From assembly GCA_011364975.1 (NCBI GenBank), contig RDOE01000036.1:1-33457 (forward strand): DNA of 33,457 nucleotides. Reading direction: 5' to 3'. The position numbers and the translations under genes are program-made. The DNA comes from Promethearchaeota archaeon (GTDB taxonomy: Archaea > Asgardarchaeota > Lokiarchaeia > Sigyniarchaeales > SOKP01). The notes beneath the pieces are model-generated. The model was not told the DNA's origin. It did no database searches and saw only the letters and a program-made list of their open reading frames with translations. Of this stretch, positions 18,479 to 28,262 are shown piece after piece; within the stretch, counting starts at the first letter, position 1, and each line of letters opens with the position of its first letter.

Positions 18479-20173
18479 TTACTTCATAAATGCTACTGTT
18501 TTTTCGATATAATCCAAATATTGGGATATCTCTTTCAGTTTTATTTCATCATCCCATAAATATTCTTTTTGCATAAGATCTGCGACTATATGAGCAGCTT
18601 TAGATACTTCTTTATGATTAATCCATAATGCCATTTCAGTTCTTCGACAAAATACATCGATTAAATGAAGAGTCATCTCATAGCGTAAGGTATATACTAT
18701 TTCAGCTTTAATAAAATTATTGTCTTTAAGAATTCTATCCCCTAATAAATGATCTCCTTTAATTAATTCCAAAATTTTTATAGCGCCTTTTCCATATTGC
18801 TGATAGATATGATCTGCAACCTCACTTTCTATGTTTATTCCTGATTGTTTTAACTTCTTAAGCCACTCATTTTTATTAAAACCTATAATAAACGGTTGTT
18901 TGCTAAAGTCCTTTGGTTTTCTTGCCTTAGGAAAATAATTTTTCTCTAATATATGATTAAATAAGTCTTCAGCCATTGCCCTCCATTCGGTTAACTTTCC
19001 TCCAGTTATGGTAAGTAAACCATCATCCGAGAAAATTATTATATGTTTTCGAGAAATATCACTTTCTGATTTACCCTTTTGCATTACTAATGGTCTAATT
19101 CCAGCGTATGTGGAAAGAATATTTTCATAACTTATTTGAGCATTAGGAAAGTAATAGTTTGTGGATTCAATAAGATAATCAGCATCCTCTTTAGAACAAT
19201 AAGGGTTGACTAATTCTCCTTTATAATCAGTATCAGTTGTACCGATAATAGTAAAATCTTCATCCCTAGGAAGAACAAAGAAGGCTCTTCCATCCTTTTT
19301 GGAAAAAACTATTGCAGCATTATTATTTTTAATATTTTTCCTCCTATATTGCAAATGAACCCCTTTTGTAGGACGGATCAGTGGTTTTGGAATCTCGTCA
19401 GGATATGATTCAAGTAAATTATCAGTCCATACTCCAGTTGCATTTATTACTAATTTAGCTTTTACTCTAAAGTTATAATTATTTTCTAAATCCATGCAAT
19501 TAACTCCGATAATCTTTCCATTATCCTTAAAATAACTAATCACTTTGCAGTAACTTACAGCATCCGCCCCTCTTATAACTGCTTCTTTAATTGTTTCCAA
19601 TGTTAATCTAGCATCGTCTAAATTAGTATCATAATACACAGCACCCCCTAAAACACCCTCCTTTATATAATGTGGCTCAATTTTAAAAATTTCTTCAGGA
19701 GAGAGCATTTGGAATGGTTTATAATTTTTAAACTCTGAATCTTTATCACTTAAAAAATCATAAAGTTTTGCTGCCCCTTTGATATCTCTCTTCTTATACT
19801 TACCACCCTCTAATTCAACGAATAGGAAAGGAATAGGTCGTATTAAATGAGGAATGTGAACTCTCATCCAATTTCTCTCATGTAATGCTTCTTTTACTAA
19901 ATCTATGTCTCCATGAGAAAGGTATCTAATTCCCCCATGACCAAGTTTTGAACTTCTTGATGATGTACCACCTGCAAAATCTTGCATATCTACAATAGCG
20001 ACTCTTAATCCCCTCATAGTAGCTTCTCTAGCGACCCCAGCACCGGTAATCCCTGCTCCGATAACGAAAATATCATATTCAGTTTCCTGTAGATTGTTGA
20101 TATAATGATCTCGATTCTTAAAATTCCAAGATTCATCAAATAATCTTGGTTCTAATTTAACTTCATTCATCAA
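18479..20173 (-). CDS. glpD: FAD-dependent glycerol-3-phosphate dehydrogenase/oxidase (GlpD/GlpA family)
   Basis: IGAGITGAGVA, DFAGGTSSRSSKLGHGGIRYL, DDARL, INATGVW, RPTKGVH, IGTTD, YAGIRPL, GGKLTEWRAMAE, RRTE. Confidence 0.88.
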   Translation of the reverse strand: MMNEVKLEPRLFDESWNFKNRDHYINNLQETEYDIFVIGAGITGAGVAREATMRGLRVAIVDMQDFAGGTSSRSSKLGHGGIRYLSHGDIDLVKEALHERNWMRVHIPHLIRPIPFLFVELEGGKYKKRDIKGAAKLYDFLSDKDSEFKNYKPFQMLSPEEIFKIEPHYIKEGVLGGAVYYDTNLDDARLTLETIKEAVIRGADAVSYCKVISYFKDNGKIIGVNCMDLENNYNFRVKAKLVINATGVWTDNLLESYPDEIPKPLIRPTKGVHLQYRRKNIKNNNAAIVFSKKDGRAFFVLPRDEDFTIIGTTDTDYKGELVNPYCSKEDADYLIESTNYYFPNAQISYENILSTYAGIRPLVMQKGKSESDISRKHIIIFSDDGLLTITGGKLTEWRAMAEDLFNHILEKNYFPKARKPKDFSKQPFIIGFNKNEWLKKLKQSGINIESEVADHIYQQYGKGAIKILELIKGDHLLGDRILKDNNFIKAEIVYTLRYEMTLHLIDVFCRRTEMALWINHKEVSKAAHIVADLMQKEYLWDDEIKLKEISQYLDYIEKTVAFMK

Positions 20174-20267
20174 ATTTGGAAATATTACAATTTAAATTAA
20201 GATTACTAAGAATAATGAAGTATTTAGAGAAAACTTTAGGAAGATTTAATTAATAAATTAATAGCTT

Positions 20268-21452
20268 TTAAGGAATATTAGGGTTATCTTCCAATATGTA
20301 ATCTATATACTTGAATAGGAACTTAGATAATAGATTAAAATTTGGTGATAACCCTGTTCTAACAAATATGGCAGTTAAAGCATTTCCAATCAGAACCGAT
20401 TCCGATGGAGTTAGCTTGCATGATAACCCAAGGGCTACTCCTGAATGAAAATGGTCTCCAGCTCCAACAGTATACTGGGGTCTTGATGTATAACCTTCGG
20501 TAATCCAATAATGGTTATCTTTTGTAGTAATAGTAGCAAAGTGTGGGGAATGAATTACGAGATAAGATAAGTTGATCTCATTATTGAGATGTAAACCTCC
20601 TTCGATATAGTCATTAAAGTTAGGTTTATTTGGGTTTATATCTTTAACATTTTTAAGATTTTTAGAAAGAAGGGATGCCTCTTGATCATTTACACTTAAA
20701 AAAACTGGAACTTGAGTGTCAATAGTCTGTAAAAGTTCTATTAATTCTTTTATGTCCAAAGATTTACGTTTCCTAATATCAGCAATATCTACAAAAAATA
20801 ATTTTTTTTCTAAATTTGTAACGGAAGGAAATAAATCCGATAAAAAATGTTTCCAAATATGATTTAAGTTTGGAATTAAAGCCCAATGGCCAAACCCCAT
20901 TATTTTAGATTTTGTTATAAGGGTGATAAGTTTATCAATGGATATTTTTTCTATGATTTGTTGCCAATCTATTCCTAAAATTGGCTCAAAATCAGTAATC
21001 ATGATTTTCCCATCATCAAATTCCAAACCCAAAGTTTGTCCTGGTTCAGTTATTGAATATGATTCTTCATGAGGGTGATTTTTATATAATTCACTTACTT
21101 TCGGATATCCTAAGGCCCCAACTAAATACGTATGGGCTCCCAAAGCATTCATTGCTCTGGAAGTATTAGGAGCAAAACCTCCAAAGATTTTCTTTTTAAG
21201 AACTCTTTCTATATTACCAGAACTGCCAGAAATGTTTATCAGTAATTCTCCAAAAGTTTTCATGCTCTCCATTCTCGACCACTCTTTTGAATTAATTCTG
21301 TTTTGAACTAGAGAATAGAGCGAATCAATATAACCATCAAATCCTAAAAAAGCAGTTACTTTAGTTAGTTCATTTTTGAAATTAGAGAGTTTACTTTTTA
21401 TTGAGTTATAGGAGTCAAGGGTTACATCATAATCATTTAACTCATTATACAT
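20268..21452 (-). CDS. PfkB/ribokinase-superfamily carbohydrate kinase
   Basis: C-terminal anion-hole motif TVGAGDHFHSG; N-terminal GFDGYID and GGFAPN; LEFDDGKIM; NDQEA. Confidence 0.75.
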   Translation of the reverse strand: MYNELNDYDVTLDSYNSIKSKLSNFKNELTKVTAFLGFDGYIDSLYSLVQNRINSKEWSRMESMKTFGELLINISGSSGNIERVLKKKIFGGFAPNTSRAMNALGAHTYLVGALGYPKVSELYKNHPHEESYSITEPGQTLGLEFDDGKIMITDFEPILGIDWQQIIEKISIDKLITLITKSKIMGFGHWALIPNLNHIWKHFLSDLFPSVTNLEKKLFFVDIADIRKRKSLDIKELIELLQTIDTQVPVFLSVNDQEASLLSKNLKNVKDINPNKPNFNDYIEGGLHLNNEINLSYLVIHSPHFATITTKDNHYWITEGYTSRPQYTVGAGDHFHSGVALGLSCKLTPSESVLIGNALTAIFVRTGLSPNFNLLSKFLFKYIDYILEDNPNIP

Positions 21453-21505
21453 AAATATCGATAATGTTATTCTTTAAAAAAGATTAACCAATAACACTAA
21501 TAACA

Positions 21506-22486
21506 TTATGATTTTTCTAGGAGTTTTTGCAGAATTAATGGCATAGAATAGAGATCCCAATAATTATGGTCAATTACTTCTTTAATCAACCCAATATATC
21601 TTTCAGGTTCCTCAAGGTATTTTTCATAACAAAATCCTACTAAATTACTGGGTAATTCATTATCTCTTTTTAAACTTATTAGGCTTTGTTCCATATCTGT
21701 TAATGTGTATCTGTTATACAGTCCTTTAAACTTCCTTCGACAATTATGATATAAATCAATATGATGAAAACGTGAATTCGATCTTTTATATGGTATTTCT
21801 TCCGCAGAGATCATAGGATTTTCATCAAAGAAATATAAGAGCCGATTAGCGATGTAGGGTATATCAAAACTCTTGCCATTATATGTTATAAAGCATTTAA
21901 ACTGAGGAAGTATTGTTGACTTGAAATGTTCACAAATAGCAATTTCTTCTTCCAGATTTCGAGCAAATAAAATATGAATTTCAAACTTATCATTATTATA
22001 ATAACCTAAACCTAATATAACAATCGGACTATCGTATAAACCTAAAGTTTCAATATCTATAAAGAGTAATTCTTCTAAATTGAAGCAAAAGGCTACATCT
22101 AAATCGTAAATATAACGATTTTTACATAAAACATCATATTGCCTGTTCTTTATCAATCTTAAAAGTTCTAAAGCAGAATTTTTATATTTTAAATTCATTT
22201 TTAAATCATAAAGGGACTTAATCCCTTTTTTATTTAGTTGACGCTCAGTATGTTTTCCAATAAAGTAAACGGTTTTTAAATTATAAAGTAAAGTTAATTT
22301 TGAGAGATGCAGATCCAATGTGGAGGGAAATTGAGTTTCTTCCCATATGAGTTCCATAAATTCTCCCATTTTATTCTTAATAATTTTATGATCTGGAAAG
22401 AGTTCCTTAAGGGTTTTGCGCTCATATAATGAGATTATTTGAGTTATATCAAAGCTTTCGAAATTATAATAATAGTCCATTGTCAT
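21506..22486 (-). CDS. YprB/RNase H-like DEDD exonuclease with N-terminal helix-hairpin-helix
   Basis: FIDIETLGL, TYNGKSFDIPYI, HIDLY, HNYWDL; HhH-like VYFIGKHTERQLNKKGI. Confidence 0.8.
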   Translation of the reverse strand: MTMDYYYNFESFDITQIISLYERKTLKELFPDHKIIKNKMGEFMELIWEETQFPSTLDLHLSKLTLLYNLKTVYFIGKHTERQLNKKGIKSLYDLKMNLKYKNSALELLRLIKNRQYDVLCKNRYIYDLDVAFCFNLEELLFIDIETLGLYDSPIVILGLGYYNNDKFEIHILFARNLEEEIAICEHFKSTILPQFKCFITYNGKSFDIPYIANRLLYFFDENPMISAEEIPYKRSNSRFHHIDLYHNCRRKFKGLYNRYTLTDMEQSLISLKRDNELPSNLVGFCYEKYLEEPERYIGLIKEVIDHNYWDLYSMPLILQKLLEKS

Positions 22487-22637
22487 TGAATATCAAGAAG
22501 AAATATTTAATAATTCAATCTCTGGAAATTTATAATAATTTTAATAATAAGTTGTTGATTTTTTAAGCAGCAAAGATTGTATGTATTGAAGCAACTAATT
22601 CAATAGATTAAATTATTCTTCAGTAATGAGTATATTA

Positions 22638-23900
22638 TTAGTTTTTTGAATTAGAGAACTTAAATACAACTTTGACAGCCTGAGATTCAGATTTATTAGC
22701 TAATGTATTGAATGCATCCTTGTAAGCATTAAGTGGAAACTTATGAGTGATTAGCATCTGAGGATCTATTAATCCTTCTGATAAAAAATTTAAATAATAC
22801 TGAAATGCATGTAAACATTTATCACGGAAAATCTCCACTCCAAATGCATTTGAACCAATAACCTCAAGTTCTTTAAAATAATGAAGCGTATTTTCAAACC
22901 TTTTTGGAGTGCTTACACCAAAAAACACTAATTTACCTTGAGTGCAAAGTATTCTCTCTCCTATTTCAAAAGTTTCTGCTGAAGCGATAGTATCAACTAT
23001 ACCATTCACACCATCTAATGTCCATTTAAGACCCTTTTTAGGAGTATATAAGTCAACATTGTTGTATGCAGCTATTTCTTCAATTAACAAATTACCTGAG
23101 CTTAGAAAAACGTGATCGGCCCCTAATTTAACAGCTAAATCTTTCTGAAATTGATATCTTCCAATCCCTATTATATGCTTTACCCCAAAAATGTTCTTTA
23201 AACAAAGAATTGTTAGCAAACCTATAATACCTAAACCATAAACAAGAATTTGAGAATTAGGGCTTGGATTCAACAATAGTAGAGAATGAAAAGAAACAGA
23301 AAAAGGATCTGCTAACACTGCTTGTTCAAAAGATACTTTTTCAGGTATCAAAAAACATTGCGATTTATGAACTGATATATATGGACTAAAACCCCCATAT
23401 CCGCGTGTAACACCTAAATGCATTCCTGTTGGAATTTTTCCCTTCTGAAAATTTTGACAATGTTTAAAATCACCTAAAGAACATCTTGAACATATTGGTG
23501 AGATTCCTCGAGGAATACATGAAAACCACGGATTAATTACTACACGATCGCCCTTTTTAAACTCTTTTACATTAAGTCCAACGCTTTCTATAATTCCAAC
23601 AGGTTCATGTCCCATTATCTGAGGAAAAGAAATAAAAGAACGTATAGGATTATCCAGCGTCCCTTTAAGTTGTAGTTCAGTCATATCACTGCCACAAATC
23701 CCACAAAAAGTGGTTTTAACAATAACCCAATCTTCTGAGATTAACTTTGGATACGGAACATTTTTTAGAGTTACCGGTCCTCCAGATTTCCAAAATCCTT
23801 TTGGACTTATTTTTCCTTTAATAAATGCTTTCAATAATTTGAAGCTTTTTAATTCGAATATTAATGCAGGGATGCATCCCTTCTCATTTTTTGGTTTCAT
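22638..23900 (-). CDS. Zn-dependent medium-chain dehydrogenase/reductase (paralog 2)
   Basis: CGICGSD, GHE, structural-Zn cysteines C..PICSRC..C, Rossmann VYGLGIIG, ITHKFPL, KVV. Confidence 0.9.
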   Translation of the reverse strand: MKPKNEKGCIPALIFELKSFKLLKAFIKGKISPKGFWKSGGPVTLKNVPYPKLISEDWVIVKTTFCGICGSDMTELQLKGTLDNPIRSFISFPQIMGHEPVGIIESVGLNVKEFKKGDRVVINPWFSCIPRGISPICSRCSLGDFKHCQNFQKGKIPTGMHLGVTRGYGGFSPYISVHKSQCFLIPEKVSFEQAVLADPFSVSFHSLLLLNPSPNSQILVYGLGIIGLLTILCLKNIFGVKHIIGIGRYQFQKDLAVKLGADHVFLSSGNLLIEEIAAYNNVDLYTPKKGLKWTLDGVNGIVDTIASAETFEIGERILCTQGKLVFFGVSTPKRFENTLHYFKELEVIGSNAFGVEIFRDKCLHAFQYYLNFLSEGLIDPQMLITHKFPLNAYKDAFNTLANKSESQAVKVVFKFSNSKN

Positions 23901-23919
23901 ATGAATTTTTGCTCATAGA

Positions 23920-25179
23920 TTAATCAAAATAAAAATTAACTTTAATAGATTTAAATTTCTCTTGATTTCTTGCAACCACAAACGCTTTTTTATAGTCTCT
24001 TAAGAGAAATTTATGTGAAATTATTGGTGTTGGATTAATTCTCCCCTCTTCTAATAATCGAAAGTAATGATAATATGCATGATCTCGAGTGCCTTCAAAA
24101 TTTTCTATTGCAAAGGCATTACTACCAATAATATTTATCTCTTTAAAATACCATGGTGTCCATTCAAATTTCTTAGGAACATGGACTCCTGTTAAGACAA
24201 TTATTCCGGATTTCTCCTTATTATTCTTAAAATCTACTAATCTTGATTTTACTATACGTAAACCTGTTTCTAATGTTTCTGCAGATGCAACAGTATCAAA
24301 CAAAAAATCAATTCCTTCTAATAACCAAGGGTGCTTTTTTTTTAAATAATATATATCACAATTCAAATAATCTCCAACACGTTCGATGACTCTGCTTGCA
24401 GGAGATGATTTGATTACTAAATCTGCACCAAATTTCTTTGCCATTTCTATTTGATGGGGAAATCTAGCAATAGCAATTACTGTTATATCTTTATAAATAC
24501 TCTTTAAAAAGTGAATTGTTAGTAACCCAAGGTTTCCACACCCATAAACCCCACAAATCGATCCTTCCCAAAGATCAACTTTGAGTATAGAATGAAGCAC
24601 CACAGAAAAAGGATCTGATAGAACAGCTTGCTCCAATGAAACTGAATCAGGTATTTTTATTGCCATGGTTTTATGTGCTGGGAAAAATTCTGCAAATCCC
24701 CCTGTAGCATCACTACTATTACCTGTATGAATTCCAGAGCTGAGAATGCCTTTTGTAAAGTTTCTGCAAAGATATTTATTTCCTTCAACACACGGACTAC
24801 AAATAGGTTCAATTTCTCGTGGTTCGCAACTAATCCATGGATTTAAAGCAATTCTATCACCTGGTTTTAAATTTGAGGATTTTCCGGCTTCATCGACAAT
24901 CCCAACAGCTTCATGTCCTAAAATTTGGGGCCATGAAATTAAGGCAGTTATGGGATTATCAAAATTTCCATCAAGAAAGATTTGTTTCTGATCGGAACCA
25001 CATATCCCACAATATTTCGTCTTCACAATTACCCAGTTGTTAGTTTTAAGCTTTGGAAAAGGAACTTCTTTCAATTGTACTGCTCCAAGTTTAGAAAGAT
25101 AACCTTTAAGATATAATGTTCCCAATATTCGAGATAATGCTAATCTGTAAAGTTTGTAATCAAAAACGAGTGCTTTCAT
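23920..25179 (-). CDS. Zn-dependent medium-chain dehydrogenase/reductase (paralog 1)
   Basis: CGICGSD, GHE, C..PICSPC..C, VYGCGNLG, ISHKF, IKV. Confidence 0.9.
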   Translation of the reverse strand: MKALVFDYKLYRLALSRILGTLYLKGYLSKLGAVQLKEVPFPKLKTNNWVIVKTKYCGICGSDQKQIFLDGNFDNPITALISWPQILGHEAVGIVDEAGKSSNLKPGDRIALNPWISCEPREIEPICSPCVEGNKYLCRNFTKGILSSGIHTGNSSDATGGFAEFFPAHKTMAIKIPDSVSLEQAVLSDPFSVVLHSILKVDLWEGSICGVYGCGNLGLLTIHFLKSIYKDITVIAIARFPHQIEMAKKFGADLVIKSSPASRVIERVGDYLNCDIYYLKKKHPWLLEGIDFLFDTVASAETLETGLRIVKSRLVDFKNNKEKSGIIVLTGVHVPKKFEWTPWYFKEINIIGSNAFAIENFEGTRDHAYYHYFRLLEEGRINPTPIISHKFLLRDYKKAFVVARNQEKFKSIKVNFYFD

Positions 25180-25311
25180 AATCAGTATTTATTTGGGGTG
25201 GTATATGCAATTAGATTTTTAATAATTAATGATGTCTAGTTATTAATAAATTTGTTTCCCTTAAAAATGAAAGAGTTAATTATATAGGTATCTTTTATAA
25301 TAATCTAATAA

Positions 25312-26646
25312 TTAGTAATCAATTTTTGTAATGTAATCTTCATATTTACTTTTTGGAGGCTTATATTTAAAGAATCGACGCGATTCACTATCTTCTAAAA
25401 CGTAATTACTCCCCCCGCCATGAAGCATGCAATAGGAGTCAAGAAGTCCGATTTCATTAGCATATTGTCTAGTAAATCCACGTCCACCAAGGGTTCTAAA
25501 GCAATGAATTGAACTTTCAAATCCTAACTCGGTTGCACTAATCTTTAAACCCATTGCATTTGCTGCCATTAATTTAGATCCTCCCAATTCAGGTCTGTTA
25601 TCCATTTCTCTTGCATATTGAATTAATGCAGAGAGCATTAAATTTAATTCTCGAATCTTCTGTGATATTGGAAACCGAATTACTTGATACTGATGCAATC
25701 TTTTCTCGAATTGTCTACGTTGAAGAGCATAAGCATGTGAATATAATAATTTTTTCATAGCATCCCCAAGTGCTTCAGCGCTAATGACTAACCGTTCTTC
25801 GGTAAGTTGATGAAAAGCAATATCTAAACCATGCCCATGCAGCATATTTTCCTTTGGAATTTCAACTTTATCAAAAATTAATCGACTTACAAATGCATCA
25901 GTCATACCATAAGTCATCACTCGAGTACTACGGAAATTCTTTAATTGTTGATGCTCTGTATCCACTACAATAGCTCCTAATTGTCCATTATCAAGTCTGC
26001 CGTAGAGCACTATATAATCAGCAATCATCCCATTTGTAATGAACAATTTTTTTCCTTTAGCAACTATATTTTCATTTTGATCATGCAATCGCATTTCCAT
26101 TCGAAAAATGTCAGATCCTGCATTGAATTCGGTCATAGCTGAAGCTCCAATTTGGCCATCCTCTGCAACTGGGTTTAGGAATCTTTTCTTTTGAGAATCA
26201 TCAGAAGCATAATTAACAGGATTACAATATAAGGTTCCCCCAGCTAATCTTCCCATCTCTATGCTATAATTTCCGGCAATATATTTTTCACTATATTCAC
26301 TCCATCTTCCTCCACACAATGCATAAGCAATAAGTGCATTTCTCGTAATTCTACCAATTTCATAGTCTTCCGTATTTAGAATGGTTGAATAATAACCACT
26401 TTGCGCTAATTTTTTCATAATCTCTACTACTATTTCCTTTTTCTTATCCTGGGTCGGTTCTTCTACAAGGTAATTTAACTCTTCTAATTTTTTCAATTCA
26501 GGATCCAGTTCTTTTTCCATAAACTCGTATAATTCAGCAAGAAAATCTTTTTCCTTAGCATTAAGTATAGGATTCGTTAATAAATCCAATTCTGTTACAT
26601 ATCGTATAATTTGAATTGGATTAAATTCTGATATTCGTGTGTCCAT
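25312..26646 (-). CDS. Acyl-CoA dehydrogenase family protein
   Basis: AMTEFNAGSD, GKKLFITNG, FDKVEIP, EERL, RRQFEK, LGGRGF, GGGSN. Confidence 0.88.
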   Translation of the reverse strand: MDTRISEFNPIQIIRYVTELDLLTNPILNAKEKDFLAELYEFMEKELDPELKKLEELNYLVEEPTQDKKKEIVVEIMKKLAQSGYYSTILNTEDYEIGRITRNALIAYALCGGRWSEYSEKYIAGNYSIEMGRLAGGTLYCNPVNYASDDSQKKRFLNPVAEDGQIGASAMTEFNAGSDIFRMEMRLHDQNENIVAKGKKLFITNGMIADYIVLYGRLDNGQLGAIVVDTEHQQLKNFRSTRVMTYGMTDAFVSRLIFDKVEIPKENMLHGHGLDIAFHQLTEERLVISAEALGDAMKKLLYSHAYALQRRQFEKRLHQYQVIRFPISQKIRELNLMLSALIQYAREMDNRPELGGSKLMAANAMGLKISATELGFESSIHCFRTLGGRGFTRQYANEIGLLDSYCMLHGGGSNYVLEDSESRRFFKYKPPKSKYEDYITKIDY

Positions 26647-26756
26647 AATATATCACTACTTACAAGAAATTTTAAAATTTACTTCTTTTTGAAAATAGGA
26701 AAATAATCCCATTACGATTTTTTAAATCAATTAGTAATCTTTTAATCATAATCATA

Positions 26757-26780
26757 ATAGACTTTAAGTATAAAGTCTAT
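26757..26780. promoter_or_regulatory. Perfect 10-bp inverted repeat (operator candidate) overlapping TATA-like boxes in the divergent ACAD/thiolase promoter
   Basis: ATAGACTTTA-AGTA-TAAAGTCTAT; contains TTTAAGTA (+) and TTTATACT (-). Confidence 0.65.
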
Positions 26781-26836
26781 AACAAAAATGGATTTATTTT
26801 AAAAAAGTCATTAAAATTTGATTAAGGGAAAATGAA

Positions 26837-28258
26837 ATGATAAAATTTAGCGATAAACAATTAAAGATACCTAAATTAATGCGTCCAGTTTATTTAGCCA
26901 CAGTTGGGATGTCAAAATTTGATCGTGCATTCCCAGAAACGCGAACGGAGGAGCTTTGCATAGATGCATTTACTGCTGCTGCTGATTTTGTTAAAATGAC
27001 ACCTGCTGAGTTGAAATCATATATACACACTTGTTATTATGGTCATTTTGCCGATCATTTCGGAGATCAATTACTTGGAGAAGCAGTAATTCATGATAGG
27101 CTCGGTTTGGACCCATTAGGAAACATAGGAGTAAAAACAGGGGGTGCTACAGGAGGTTCTGCTATGTGGGAAGCCGTCAAGGCAGTGGCTTCAGGTTATA
27201 GTGATTGTACTTTAGCTTTAGGATGGGAGAGAATGGATGAAGTGCCAACAGATGAGGGAAATCATCTTATCTCTTGTGCTGCTGATAAGGATTGGGAGAC
27301 TCCTTTAGGGCATATTTACACTGGTTATTATGCGGTTATGGCGCAAAGATATTGGAAAATTTTTGGAAAAGAAGAAGAATCATTTAGACGTACAATGGCA
27401 GAAATTGCTGTTAAAAATCGCGGTTATGCAAGAATGAATCCTCATGCACAGGGACCCTTAAAGATCACAGTAGAGGATGTTCTTAACTCGCCAATTGTTG
27501 CTTATCCACTTCGAGCTTTGGATTGTTGTTTGATGAGTGTAGGTTCTTCATGTGGTATTGTGTGTGATGAGAAGACCGCATATGAAATTACTGATAAACC
27601 ACTAAGAATTTACATTGCTGCAGGAAGTCATACCTTAAGAGTAGCTGATCGCCGTGATATGAAGATCCCACTCTTACCTAACGAATCGAAAGGTCAATAC
27701 GATGATTTGGGAAAAAGATTTCCTGGTGGCGATCGATATCCTGGATTTAGTAGTTTTTTAGCTGCGAGAATGTCAGCTTATTATGCTTACAATATGTCTG
27801 GTGTTGTTGATCCAAGTGAAGATCTTGATCTTGTTGAGCTTCATGATGCATTTACGATAAGTGATATCCAAACTTATGAGGATATTGGAATTAGACCTTA
27901 TGGAGAAGGTAGAAATTATATTGAAAGTGGCGATGCATATATCATAAACCCAAACACTAAAAAACCGGGAAAGTTACCAAGTAATCCAAGCGGTGGATTG
28001 ATTGGTTGTATGCATGCTGTAGGGGCAACCGGTCTTATGCAGATCGCAGAAATTGGATATCATATTTGGAATCGTTGGGATGAAATTCATGAACCTGAAG
28101 CAAAATGGAAAGCATTCAATCGAGAAAAACCAAAGGATTGGACTAGTTTACAAGTAAAAGGAGCAAAGAGAGGGTTAGCTATTAGTCATGCGGGTGTAGG
28201 GTCTCATGTAACATGTACAATCTTAATGGATCCAAATAAATTAATAAAGGAGGAGTGA
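26837..28258 (+). CDS. Thiolase-superfamily (SCP-x/archaeal type) protein lacking the N-terminal catalytic Cys
   Basis: VGMSKF, VKTGGATGG at the usual ACASG site, GWERM, IAVKNRGYARMNPHAQ, LDCC, VELHDAF, NPSGGL..HAVGATG. Confidence 0.88.
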   Translation: MIKFSDKQLKIPKLMRPVYLATVGMSKFDRAFPETRTEELCIDAFTAAADFVKMTPAELKSYIHTCYYGHFADHFGDQLLGEAVIHDRLGLDPLGNIGVKTGGATGGSAMWEAVKAVASGYSDCTLALGWERMDEVPTDEGNHLISCAADKDWETPLGHIYTGYYAVMAQRYWKIFGKEEESFRRTMAEIAVKNRGYARMNPHAQGPLKITVEDVLNSPIVAYPLRALDCCLMSVGSSCGIVCDEKTAYEITDKPLRIYIAAGSHTLRVADRRDMKIPLLPNESKGQYDDLGKRFPGGDRYPGFSSFLAARMSAYYAYNMSGVVDPSEDLDLVELHDAFTISDIQTYEDIGIRPYGEGRNYIESGDAYIINPNTKKPGKLPSNPSGGLIGCMHAVGATGLMQIAEIGYHIWNRWDEIHEPEAKWKAFNREKPKDWTSLQVKGAKRGLAISHAGVGSHVTCTILMDPNKLIKEE

Positions 28259-28262
28259 AGAA

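Noticed and set aside
23710-25043. ORFs 23710..23904, 24089..24349, 24746..24991, 24837..25043 (+)
   Set aside because: Antisense shadows of the two dehydrogenase genes
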